Of a DNA stretch of 64,000 nt, positions 14,836 to 27,090 are shown one piece after another. Source of the DNA: the human T2T-CHM13v2.0 reference genome, Homo sapiens; NCBI RefSeq assembly GCF_009914755.1, contig NC_060927.1; one strand, written 5' to 3'. The position numbers were made by a program, and so were the translations under genes. Every line of letters starts with the position of its first letter. Position 1 is the stretch's first letter. A model generated the notes under the pieces. The model saw only the letters and a list, made by a program, of their open reading frames with translations. It ran no database searches and was not told the origin of the DNA.

Positions 14836-15719
14836 ATGCCTTAATTAAGAAAAAATTTAAAAAGTAACTCTGGGAGCTTTACTCCCAGATTACTTGACCC
14901 CACTACACACATCTGAAAACAGATTTCTCAGAATGCAGTTCAAACAGTCCGCAATGGTTATCACAATTTCACCAAGTATTTTTCAGGTATCCTGAAACCA
15001 GAGAATCCTAATTAAGACTTCAGTAGAATTATTGCCAGAGCAATGAATCTCCCTGTTGTTAACTATCAATCCACCCTCAGGATAATGATAACCCTCATGA
15101 TGATTTGAGTTTTTTGATCTACAATGAGCTAAGAAACCATCAAAAGAAGGAAGCCAGCACTTGTGGATGAGGAGCACTAAGAGTAGAGGGGACATAGAGT
15201 TGGAGTCTGGAGGTCTCAAGAGACAGAGTTACTCACTCAAAACTATTCTCCTAGGTTAGCCAAATGGCTTCAGAAGCATTAGCGGGCAGCACCACAGCCA
15301 GAGCCCTGGACTTCACTGCTCTGTTGCTAGTCCAGCTTTTAGCAAAGATAAAAACAGTGAACAAGTAGATCACCAAGGATGTAAAAGATCCCAATTGTGG
15401 ATGTTAAGATAATGACAAAAAAAAAACCTTTAGCTTTATTTTTTTTCATTATTATTATGTTTTTTTTGTTGTTGTTTTTTGTTTGTTGCTTGTTTGTTTT
15501 TTACTTTAAGTTCTGGGATACATGTGCTGAATGTGCAGGTTTGTTACATAGGTATACATGTGCCATGGTGGTTTGCTGCACCTATCAACCCATCCTCCAG
15601 GTTTTAAGCTCTGCATGCATTAGGTATTTTTCCTAATGCTCTCCCTCCCCTTTCTCCCTATCCCCCAACAGGACCCAGTGTGTGATGTTCCCTTCCCTGT
15701 GTCCATGTGTTCTCATTGT

Positions 15720-18700
15720 TCAGCTCCCACTTATGAGTGAAAACATGTAGTGTTTGGTTTTCTGTTCCTGTGTTAGTTTGCTGAGGGTGATGGTTTCCAG
15801 CTTCATCCATGTCCCTGCAAAGAACATGAACTCATTCTTTATTATGGCTGCATAGTATTCCATGGTATATATGTGCCACATTTTCTTTATCCAGTCTATC
15901 ATTGATGGGCATTTGGGTTGGTTCCAAGTCTTTGCTATTGTAAATAGTGCTGCAATAAACATATGGATGTGTGCATGTGTCTTTATAGTAGAATGATTTA
16001 TAATCCTTTGGGTATATTCCCATTGTTTCCAGATTTTTAATGATCACCATTCTAACTGGCATGAGATGGTATCTCATTGTGGTTTTGATTTGCATTTCTC
16101 TAATGACCAGTAATGATGAGCTTTTTTTCATATATTTCTTGGCCACATAAATGTGTTCTTCTGAGAAGTGTCTGTTCATATCCTTCCTCACTTTTTGATG
16201 GGGTTGTTTGTTTTAAATTTGTATAAGTTCCTTGTAGATTCTGGATATTAGACCTTTGTCAGATGGATAGATTGCAAAAATTTTCTCCCATTCTGTAGGT
16301 TGCCTTTTCACTATGATGATAGTTTCTTTTGCAGGCAGAAACTCTTTAGTTTAATTAGAACCTACTTGTCAATTTTGGCTTTTGTTGCAATTGTTGTTGG
16401 TGTTTTAGTCATGAAGTCTTTGCCCATGCCTATGTCCTAAATGTTATTGCCTAGGTTTTCTTCTAGGGTTTTTATAGTTTTAAGTTTTACATTTAAGTCT
16501 TTAATCCAACTTGAGTTAGTTTTTGTGTAAGGTGTAAGGAAAGGGTCCAGTTTCTGTTTTCTGCATATGGCTAGCCAGTTTTCCCAGCACCACATATTAA
16601 ATAGGGAATCCTTTCCCCATTGCTTGTTTTTGTCAAAGATCAGATGATTGTAGATGTGTGGTCTTATTTCTGAGGCCTCTGTTCCATTCCATTGGTCTAT
16701 ATATCTGTTTTGGTACCAGTACCATGCTGTTTTGGTTACTGTAGCCTTGTAGTATAGTTTGAAGTCAGGTAGCGTGATGCCTTTAGATTTGTTCTTTTTG
16801 CTTAGGATTGTCTTGGCTATATGGGCTCTTTTTTGGTTTCATATAAAATTTAAATTAGAATTTTCTAGTTCTGTGAAGAAAGTCAATGGCAGCTTGATGG
16901 GAATAGCATTTAATCTATAAATTACTTTGGATAGTATGGCCATTTTCAAAATATTGATTCTTCCTATCCATGAGCATGGAATTTTTTTCCATTTGTTTGT
17001 GTCCTCTCTTACATCCTTGAGCAGTGGTTTGTAGTTCTCCTTGAAGAGGTCTTTTACATCCCTTGTAGGTTGTATTACTAGGCATTTTATTTTCTTTGTA
17101 GCAATTATGAATGGGAGTTCACTCACGATTTGATTCTCTGCTTTTCTATTATTGGTGTATAGGAATTATTGTGATTTTTTCACACTGATTTTGTATGCCG
17201 AGACTTTGCTAAAATTGTTTATCAGATTAAGGAATTTCTGGGTTGAGACAATGGGTTTTCTAAATGTACAATCATGTCATCTATAAACAGAGATAATTTG
17301 ACTTCCTCTCTTCCTATCTGAATATGCTTTCTTTCTTTCTCTTGCCTGATTGCTCTGGCCAGAACTTCCAATACTATGTTGAATAGGAGTGGTGACAGAG
17401 GGCATTCTTGTCTTGTGCCGGTTTACAAAGGGAATTCCTGCAGCTTTTGCCCATTCAGTATGATATTGGCTATGAGTCTGTCATAAACAGCTCTTATCAT
17501 TTTGAGATATGTTCCATCAATACCTAGTTTATTGAGAGTTTTTAGCATGAAGGGGTGTTGAATTTTATCGAAGACCTTTTCTCCATCTATTGAAATAATC
17601 ATGGGATTTTTTTCATTGATTCTGTTTATATGATGGATTACGTTTATTGATTTGCATATGCTGAACCAGCCTTGCATCCCAGGGATGAAGCCGACTTGAT
17701 CATGGTGGATACACTTTTTGATGTGTTGCTGGATTCGGTTTGCCAGTATTTTATTAAGGATTTAACATCGATGTTCATCAGCAATATTGGCCTCAAATTT
17801 TCTTTTTTTGTTGTGTCTCTGCCAGGTTTTGGAATCAGGACGATGCTGGCCTCATCAAATGAGTTAGGGAGGAGTCCCTCTTTTTCTATTGTTTGGAATA
17901 GTTTCAGAAGGAATAGTACCAGCTCCTCTTTGTCCCTCTGGTAGAATTTGGCTGTGAATCCATCTGGTCCTGGAGTTTTTTTGGTTGGTAGGCTATTAAT
18001 TACTGCCTCAATTTCAGCACTTGTTATTGGTCTATTCAGGGATTCGAGTTCTTCCTGGTTTAGTCTTGGGAGGGTGTATGTGTCCAGGAATTTATCCATT
18101 TCTTCTAGATTTTCTAGTTTATTTGCATAGAGGTGTTTATAGTATTCTCTGATAGTAGTTTGTATTTCTGTGGGATCTGTGGTGATATCCCCTTTATCAT
18201 TTTTTATTGTGTGTATTTGATTCTTCTCTCTTTTCTTGTTTATTAGTCTGGCTAGCAGTTTATTTTGTTAGTCTTTTCAAAAAATCATCTCCTGGGTTCA
18301 TTGATATTTTGAAGGGTTTTTCTTGTCTCTATGCCTTCCAGTTCTGCTCAGATCTTAGTTATTTCTAGTCTTCTGCCAGCTTTTGAATTTGTTTGCTTTT
18401 GCTTCTCTAGTTCTTTTAATTGTGACTTTAGGGTATCAATTTTAGATCTTTCCTGCTTTCTGATGTGGGCGTTTACTGCTATAAATATCTCTCTAAACAC
18501 TCCTTTAGCTGTGTCCCAGAGATTCTGGTATGCTGTGTCTTTGTTCTCATTGGTTTCAAAGAACTTCATTATTGCTGCCTTAATTTCATTACTTACCCAG
18601 CAGTCATTCAGGAGCAGGTTGTTCAGTTTCCATGTAGCTGCCTGGTTTTGAGTGAGTTTCTTAATCCTTAGTTCCAATTTGATTGCACTGTGGTCTGAGA

Positions 18701-19419
18701 GGCCGTTTGTTATGATTTCTGCTCATTTGCATTTGCTGAGGAGTGTTTTACTTCCAATTATGTGGTTGATTTTAGAAAAAAAAGTGCTATGTGGTGCTGA
18801 GAAGAATGTATATTCAGTTGATTTGGGGTGGAGAATTCTGTAGATAGCTATTAGGTCCACCTGGTCCAGAGCTGAGTTCAAGTCCAGAATATCCTTGTCA
18901 ATATTCTGTCTTGTTGATCTAATATTGACAGTGGGGTGTTAAAGTCTCACACTATTATTGTGTAGGAGTCTAAGTCTCTTTGTAGGTCTCTAAGAACTTG
19001 TTTTATTAATCTGGGTGCTCCTGTGTTGGGTGCATATACATTTAGGATAGTTAGCTCTTCTTGTTGTATTGATCACTTTACTATTATGTAATGCCTTTCT
19101 TTGTCTTTTTATTTTTTTAAAAAATCTGTGTTGGTTTAAATTCTGTTTTATCAGAGACTAGGATTGCAACCCCCACTCTTTTTTCTTTCTTTTTTTTTTT
19201 TTTTTTTTTTTTTTGCTTTTCATTTACTTGGTAAATATTCCTCCATCCCTTTATTTTGAGCCTATGTGTGTCTTTGCATGTGAGATGTGTCTCCTGACTA
19301 CAGCACACTGATGGGTCTTTACTCTTTATCCAATTTGCTAGTCTGTGTATTTTAATTGGGGCATTTAGCCCATTTACATTTAAGGTTAATATTGATATGT
19401 GTGAATTTAATCCTGTCAT
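15720..19419 (-). pseudogene. L1 ORF2 (endonuclease/reverse transcriptase), multiply disrupted
   Basis: Fragments MTGLNSHISILTLNVNGLN (EN), PGPDGFT (Z domain), [16 protein letters not shown] (RT), MFSLISGS* (C-terminus) lie in different frames. Confidence 0.95.
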
Positions 19420-19483
19420 CATGATGCTAGCTGGTTATTTTAACTGGTTAGTTGATACAGTTTCTTCATATTGTCATTGGTCT

Positions 19484-20526
19484 TTATATTTCTGTATGTT
19501 TTTGCAGTGGCCGGTACCTGTTTTTCCTTTCCATATTTAGTGCTTCCTTCAGGAGCTCTTGTAAGGCAGGCCTGGTGGTAACAAAATCCCTCAACATTTG
19601 CTTGTCTGGAAAGGATTTTATTTCTCCTTCACTTATGAAACTTAGTTTGGCTGGATATGAAATTCAGGTTGAAAATTCTTTTCTTTAAGAATGTTGAATA
19701 TTGGCCCCCTCTCTCTTCTGGCTTGTAGGGTTTCTACAGAGAGATCTACTGTTAGTCTTATGGGCTTCCCTTTGTAGGTAACCTGACCTTTCTCTCTGAC
19801 TTCCCTTAACATTTTTTCCTTCATTTCAAACTTGGAGAATTTGACAATTATCTGTCTTAGGATGGCTCTCTCGAGGGTTATCTTTGTGATGTTCTCTGTA
19901 TTTCCTGATTTTGAATGTTGGCCTGTCTTGCTAGGTTGGAGAAGTTCTCCTGGATAATATCCTGAAGTGTGTTTTCCAACTTGGTTCCATTCTCCCCATC
20001 ACTTTCAGGGTCCCCAATCAATCATAGATTTGGTCTTTTCACATAGTCCCATATATCTTGGAGGCTCTGTTTGTTCCTTTTCCATCTTTTTTCTTTAATC
20101 TTGTCTTCACATCTCATTTTAGTAAGTTGATCTTCAATCTCTGATATCCTTTCTTCCGCTTGATCAATTCAGCTATTGATAGTTCATGAATTATTGATAC
20201 TTATGCTTCACGAAGTTCTCATGCTGTGTTTTGCAGCTCCATCAGGCATTTATGTTCTTCTCTAAACTGGTTATTCTAGTTAGCAGTTCCTGTAACCTTT
20301 TGTCAAGGTTCTTAGCTTCCTTGCATTGGGTTAGAACATGCTCCTTTATCTTGGAGGAGTTTGTTATTACCCACCTTCTGAAGCCTACTTCTGTCAATTT
20401 GTCAATCTCATTCTCTGTCCAGTTGTGTGCCTTTGCTGGAGAGGAGTTGCGATCATTTGGAGGAGAAGAGGCATTCTTATTTTTGGAATTTTCAGCCTTT
20501 TTGCTCTTGTTTTTCCTTATCTTCAT
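19484..20526 (-). pseudogene. L1 ORF1, disrupted
   Basis: MKIRKNKSKKAENSKNKNASSPP.. (20242-20526) and MKEKMLREVREKGQVTYKGKPIRLT.. (19642-19824) are ORF1p fragments. Confidence 0.93.
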
Positions 20527-21584
20527 GGATTTATCTACATTTGATCTGGCCTTTGGATGGGGTTTCTGTGTCGAGGTTCTTTTTGTTGATGTTGATGTTA
20601 GCTATGCCCACATGCCCACAGCTGCCCCTTCCCCCAGTTGCTCTGTCCCAGTAAGATGGGAGTTTTATCTATAAGCCCGTGACTGGGGCTGCTGCCTTTC
20701 TTTCAGAGATGCCCTGCCCAGTGAAGAGGAATCTAGAGAGGCAGTCTGGCCACAGCCACTTTGCCGTGCTTTGTTGAGTTCCACCCAGTCCTTAGCACTG
20801 TAAGGGGAAAAGCAAATACTCAAGCCTCAGTAATGGCTGATGCCCCTCCCCACGACAAGCTCAATTGTCCCAGGTTGACTTCTGACTGCTATGCTGGCAG
20901 TGAGAAGTTCAAGTTCTCAGCTTTCTGGGCTCTGTGGGAATGGGACCCACTGAGCAATACAACTTGGCTCCGTGGCTTCAGGCCCCTTACCAAAGGAGTG
21001 AACGGTTCTGTCTTGCTGGGGTTCCAGGAACCACTGGAGTATGGAAAAAAAAAAAAAAAAACTCCTGCAGCTAGCTCAGTGTCTGCCCGAACAGCCTCCC
21101 ACTTTTGTGCTTGAAACCCAGGGCCTGGTGGTATAGGCACACAAGGGAATCTCCTGGTCTGTGAATTGCAAAATCTGTGGGAAAAGCATAGTATCTGGGC
21201 CAGATAGAACAGTCCCTCATGGCTTCCCTTGGCCGGGAAAGGGAGGCTCCCCAGCTCCTTGCACTTCCCGGGTGAGGCAATGCCCCACTCTGCTTCTGCT
21301 TGCCCTCCGTGGGCTGCACCCACTTCCTAACCAGTCCCAATGAGATGAACAGTGTACCTCAGTTGGAAATGCAGAAATCACCCACCTTCTGCACTGATCT
21401 TGCTGGGAGCTGCAGACTGAAGCTGTTCCTATTCAGCCATCTTGCCACACCAGCCTAGCTTTGTTTTTTAAGATAGTCCTTTTTATGAGAGATTTATTTT
21501 CACTAGACAATGCACTGTACTTTCCAGGAGATTCATTAATTTCCTTTTACTTTTAAGTTTATTATCTTTGCAGAGTATTTTATG

Positions 21585-21587
<3 letters not shown>

Positions 21588-21621
<34 letters not shown>

Positions 21622-21702
21622 TACTTTGCTGAGTATATATATACACATACACTATATATATAAGCATGTATGTGTGTGTGTCTGTATATATGTATACATA
21701 TA
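21588..21702 (+). repeat. (AC)16 plus TA/TG compound microsatellite
   Basis: Perfect (AC)16 at 21588-21619 followed by TA/CA/TG tracts. Confidence 0.95.
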
Positions 21703-23239
21703 GTAAACTCTAAATTATCCGTGGAGACTTCTATAATCACCTCTTTTGATGGACCAAACTGGATTCACAAAATATAAAGTTTTGTTCTATTAATATGTAC
21801 TGAAACATGCTGGTTTCACATTGTATTTTAAAAATTAATTTATTTAACAAATTGTAGCATATTCCTTTTGGCTGTCTGTCCCTAACAATCATTTTAATCG
21901 GTTTCTCAATGGAGGTTTGGAGAAATAGTATTTTTTAAGCTATGAATTTTTATTTTTTTAAGAGAGTAGCAAGAAGAAAGAAAACCTCTCCAGTCATTTT
22001 GTCAGTGTCAATGTCAAACGTCAATATGAAATTTAATAACTAATTTGTAAAAAGCAAATGAGTTACATTTATTCTCTCGCCATCACACTAGGGCAGGCTT
22101 CCTCTGGCTTGACAAAATTACCACCATATTGAAAAAGACTCAGGAATCAAGATCTTTGCCAAAGAATCTGAGATAATATTAGGACCTGTGAAAGCTTTAA
22201 ACAATGCAATGTAATAATTGATTTAACATTTTGTATACTCAGAAGAGGCATTTCTTATTAGGGAAACTTGAAAAGAATGAATTTTTATTACTGTTTCAGC
22301 TCACAGCAGGAACATTATAAGAATTTTAAAGATTCTTATAAAGCTTTCTACATCAAACTGAATCTATTAATCATTGACTATTTTAAGTCCAACTCTTACC
22401 TCTTAATTTTGTAATTTAACATGAATTTAATTTGGGGTTCTCGGGCTCCTTTCAGGTTTGTAAAAGGACCTTTCATGGAAAAAAATTATGCTATTATTTA
22501 TCAATTTGTTGTTGATTTAAAACAAAAAACTCCAGAATAGTTTAAAGGTCACTTTAAAATTTACACTTTGGTACCACTTTTGACATTTTAATGCAGTGAT
22601 CCTCTTCTTAATATCTAGTAAATATTTGAAAGAGGGATATTAAACAGTTCCCTATACATACAGCATTCATCTGAATTTATTCAAAGAACCAGATTCATCA
22701 AAGCATAACTACTAACTCTTTAGTAACTAGTGAGTAGTTAATACTTCTGCAATTTTATATGTAGACAAAACCTACAATTGCCCTGCTTCGCAAAACAGTG
22801 ATGGAGGACAGGTTGCTTTTGGAACACATATATTACGTATTTTATGCATGTCCTGTAATCTCTAACAACTTCCATAAAGATTTCCAATCAAATAAAATAT
22901 ACTTAGTCGTATAAAGAAACACAAAAGAGTGGTTTTGAAGATTTATAAAGTTTTTGCTTACATCTTAAATGTCATTCTAAACATACTGAATAGGAAAGGA
23001 AATAAAATTCATTATAAATGTTATATATCTTATTTTTTATAATTTTGTCAGTAGATTTTATTGAAAATAAATGTTAATTTGATATAAAAATTACCTATAA
23101 TATTACCTATGAAATTAAGTATAATTCTTATTTTCTGATAATTTTGTCTATTTGGATGTATATATAATTTTCATGTTTATGTTTCAAATATATAATGTAT
23201 ATATTTTATATTTTGCATTGAACCAGAAAGATTTATTAT

Positions 23240-24430
23240 TTTGCAATTATGAAATTTTCAAATGTACATTGAATTAGATAAGCTACTACAATGGACCACC
23301 ATATACCCTTCCCCAGAGTGAACTCTTATCAAGATTTTGCTTCTTGTTTTACATGTCCCTTTCTCTCCTTTACTGCTGAATAATTTTAAGGCAAATGTCA
23401 GTTATCATATTATTTCACTCTTCCATAGTTTCATATGAAGGCATAAAAAATGGATCTTTATATTATATAGCCTTCACTCTTAACAAATTATCAATAATGT
23501 TTGAATATATTCTAATTTCCCATGTTGCCTCAAAAATATGTTTTCACAGTTGTTTTGTTTGAATTAGGATTCAAACAAGATAAACACATGATATTTCAAT
23601 GTAATGTCTCAGAAGTCACTTTTAGTCTAAAATAGAGCATGCACCTTTCTTTTTTCTTCTTTTCTGCTATTGACCTGTTAAAGAAATTGGATTATTTGTC
23701 CTGCAGAGTGTCCCACATTCTGGATTTGTCTGTTTCATTTCTTGTGATATGTTCCATTTGCCTATTGCTGAAAAACTAAAAATCCCATAATTAAAAACAA
23801 CAACATATTATTATCTCACTGCTGTGAGTCAACTGGGCTCAGCCTTGGGATTATTAGTCAGGGTATCTCGGAGTTTTTTAGTTACATGATGACTACATGT
23901 AAAAGAATCAGAAGGCTTGATTAGGGTGGATATCCCAGCTTGATTCCCAAATGCCTGGAAGTCAATGCTGGCTCTCAGCCTGGAGCTCAGTGGGGCTGCC
24001 AACAAGAATGGCACCTTTATGTTGCTTGAACTTCTTACAGCATGGAAGTTGGATTTAGAGAGGGTAGATGCCAAAGCAAATGTTCTAAGAGCAAATGCTG
24101 CAAGACTTCTTATCGTCTACCCTTTGATATCAAATAGTGTCACTTCTGCAGCATTCTATGGTCCTAAAAGCAAGTCACAAGACCACCTAGATGCAAGGCA
24201 AGAGGATTATTGTGAGAAAAGTAAATGCAGGATGTATGCATTGTAGAGCAATGAGTCTTTAGCAACTACACTGTGTTTTTTAATGTGTTCCTCTAGTATC
24301 AAGATTCTTAAATAAAAGTAAACTCTAGAGGCTTAATTATATTTAACCTTTTGGCCAAGAATATATCCGAATGATACTGTATACTTCAAAGCATATCAAA
24401 AGGTACATTGTGTCAGGTATGATTTTAGGC
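23240..24430 (-). mobile_element. L1MC-like 3' end, split by MLT1
   Basis: TTGTTTTGTTTGAATTAGGATTCAAACAAG..TGTCCTGCAGAGTGTCCCACATTCTGGATTTGTCTG resembles the antisense L1MC4/5 3'UTR; similarity resumes after 24270. Confidence 0.6.
23755..24270 (-). mobile_element. MLT1 (J/K-like) MaLR LTR
   Basis: ATTAAAAACAACAACATATTATTATCTCAC..GTCAACTGGGCTCAGC..TGTCACTTCTGCAGCATTCTATGG..GCAAGTCACAAGACC, standard antisense MLT1 blocks. Confidence 0.75.
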
Positions 24431-24925
24431 ATCATACAAAGTTATGTGAATATAGCAAAAAGTAAAAGAATGAGTGAAATATTAAAGATAAGTATTAATA
24501 AGAGTATATAACCTACTATTAAAATTGAGTGCATAAAAATATGTGCAAGTGAAGAGTCTCCACTTGCACCCCCTCCAGTTTCTATCCTTGCTATGGGAGG
24601 ACATATCAGAATATACAAGATGAATGGAACATGGGCCTTAAAGGTGTTTTTAAAGATTATCTTATTCACATAATTGAGCTCGTTAATAAGTGCATCTATG
24701 TTGCTGGTAGAGAATCACATATGTCACATATCAGACGGCCATTCAATGTGAGTCATTAAGAAGCTACCTTGTAATTTAGGCCAAGATGGAGGCCTGCCCA
24801 GTCCATCCCTGAGAGAAGTTACTGGCTGCATTGAGTGAAGGACATTATTTTTCTCAAAAGAAAGATTCTGAAACAACTTAATTCATTGAACAAGTATTTG
24901 TTCAAGTACAATGAGATTCAACAAA

Positions 24926-25108
24926 TAGATTTGTCAGGTAAAATACTTGATGTTCAATTACATTTGAATTTCAGATAAACAATGGTTTTATAGCATAATT
25001 GTATTTCATGAACTGTTTGGACATACTTATACCAATACAAAATTGTTATTTATCTGAAATTCAAATTTAATCTAGTGTCTTAATATTTATCTTTGCTAAA
25101 GCTGGCAA
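24926..25108. mobile_element. MER53 palindromic hAT-type MITE
   Basis: Inverted arms TTTGAATTTCAGATAAA (24963-24979) / TTTATCTGAAATTCAAA (25049-25065), central GGACATACTTATAC, end TTTGCTAAAGCTGGCAA. Confidence 0.85.
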
Positions 25109-25295
25109 GAATTATCCCTGAGAGCATAAAAGAGGCTACTTGGACTTGATAAATTTAAGAGCAGAACGATATTATATTGATTTAATTATAAAATATATAC
25201 ATTATATGTATTTCATATATAATATATAATCATATATGATTTCATTAGTTTCATATATATAGAATCATCTGTATATGAATATGCATATTCATGTA

Positions 25296-25335
<40 letters not shown>

Positions 25336-25342
25336 CATACAT
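25296..25342 (+). repeat. (TG)n(TA)n compound microsatellite
   Basis: About (TG)9 then (TA)11, preceded by AT-rich low-complexity sequence. Confidence 0.95.
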
Positions 25343-25769
25343 ATGGAAGTTTTGCATTTCTCTTTTAGTGTATTTTGTTCCTAGAAAATATTATTGCAAG
25401 ACACTATTCAGTTCAAGACATTACAACCCAATTCAGGGCACATAGTCATTCTAGAAGCAGTGTGTAATTAGCTATATGGCTGCTGATTATACTGCTGCCT
25501 AGCAACAGGAAAAGAACAAAAGTGCGAGTAACAAAAATATAACATTACCAAATGAAGGATGGATAAAAGGGTTACTCTAATGATGAAGTAATTATGGTCC
25601 AAAATATCTTAGTAAGCCAACTTTACCACAACCAGCATTCAAAAGATAAAACAATTTCTACTGGAAAAGAAAGTAACACAAACATTACTGAGAGAGAAAT
25701 CTGTTCACTATGAGACCCTTATAAGATTTCAAACAATATCCAATTTAATACAATATAATCTCAAAAGTG

Positions 25770-25985
25770 AAGTTTAGGATTCAGTCTACCCAGTTTTATA
25801 TTCTGCTTCTCCCAAAACTGTTTGTCTTTACATAAATTTCTTAACTTTTCTAACTCTCAATTTCTTTTTTGCAAAACTGAGAAAATAATATCTACATAAC
25901 GAAACTGCTTTGGGAATTAAGTGAGATACTCCATGCAAGGCATTTAACCTTGTGCTAGCACATAGTGGGCACTCAATCAACTTTG
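25770..25985 (+). mobile_element. MIR SINE
   Basis: CTTAACTTTTCTAACTCTCAATTTC..GAATTAAGTGAGATA..CTAGCACATAGTGGGCACTCAAT. Confidence 0.75.
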
Positions 25986-26899
25986 GCAATAATGATGATG
26001 GGAGGGAAATGGTTGGAAGGTAAAGATAGTGGTGTCGATACTGAAAATAAACATGTATAAAAAAGAAACATAGAAATGCTATCCATCATTATCTCTAGGT
26101 GGACTTGGTTTTCTTATTATTTCATTAATTGTGAAATTTTCTAAAATTATGTAACTTTAATAATCAAGCAAAACTAATATTTTAACTGACCATACAATAA
26201 ATAATTAGAGTACTTTTTTTTGGTACAGCTTGAGCACAAGAGTTGTCGTTTACCCAATCAATTTCCTAATCTTCTATAGTGTCTAAAATGGCAATCATGC
26301 CTTTAAAAATAGAAGTGTATCTGTGTTACCTGGAAAAAAAAGAGAAACTATAGATATAATCAAAGTAGTGTTCATTAGGATTGAGTAAATCATTCATTAG
26401 ATGATTTAGCTGATGTGCAGGGAAGAAATAAGAGGAGAAATTGACAAAATATGAAGTTTTCATGGAGAACAACTGGAGTGAAGAGGCTAACCAGCAAAGC
26501 TCTGAAATTCTGGGGGCTCATTGGTGTAAGCAGGTGGGGAAAAGGGAATGCTGGGTGTAGTCTGAAGGCAAAAGCATCTGGGAGTGACATGATGCTAGAA
26601 GGATTTTGACCACAAAGTTGAAGTGCCAAGAAAGTTATCAATCGGATTCTCTGCTTTGCCTAGTGAAGCCCTCAGAGTCATGAAGTTGGTAAAAATGATT
26701 ATCCATGGTGTTTGGTTAATTTCAAACTACTCACATATTTTATGCTTTCAATTCCTTGTTTTCTTCTTACTTAAACTTTGTTTGAAAGGCAGTGCATAAC
26801 TTGGAGGCAGCTTTAAAAAAAAATCTAATGTCTTGTTTTATGTAGAAGCCTCTAAACATTTATGTTTTTCAGATTCAATTTATAACTCAAATAATATTC

Positions 26900-27090
26900 A
26901 ATTATTTTCATATCACCTCTAAAAGAATGATCTCCAAATCTTTTTCTCTAGCTTAAACTCCTTTTATGAGCTCCAGGAGTATAGACATTTGTCTAGATAT
27001 CCCTGAGACATCACAACTTCAACATGTTCCAAAGATAACTCATGGTCTTCCTTTCCCACTATCCCACACCCCACGTGAACAATATTAGAG
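26900..27090 (+). mobile_element. L2 fragment
   Basis: GATCTCCAAATC..TGAGCTCCAG..CAACTTCAACATGTTCCAAAG resembles L2 ORF2 downstream of the YADD motif. Confidence 0.55.

Larger units (their letters stand above)
15445..21455 (-). mobile_element. Full-length (~6 kb) inactive L1PA7-like LINE-1
   Basis: 5'UTR start GGCAAGATGGCTGAATAGGAACAGC on minus at ~21445; ORF1/ORF2 remnants; L1PA7-type 3'UTR (GGTTTTAAGC..GCATGCATTAGGTATTT); decayed tail; TSD TAGCTTT(A/G)TTTTTT at 15431-15444 and 21456-21469. Confidence 0.95.
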
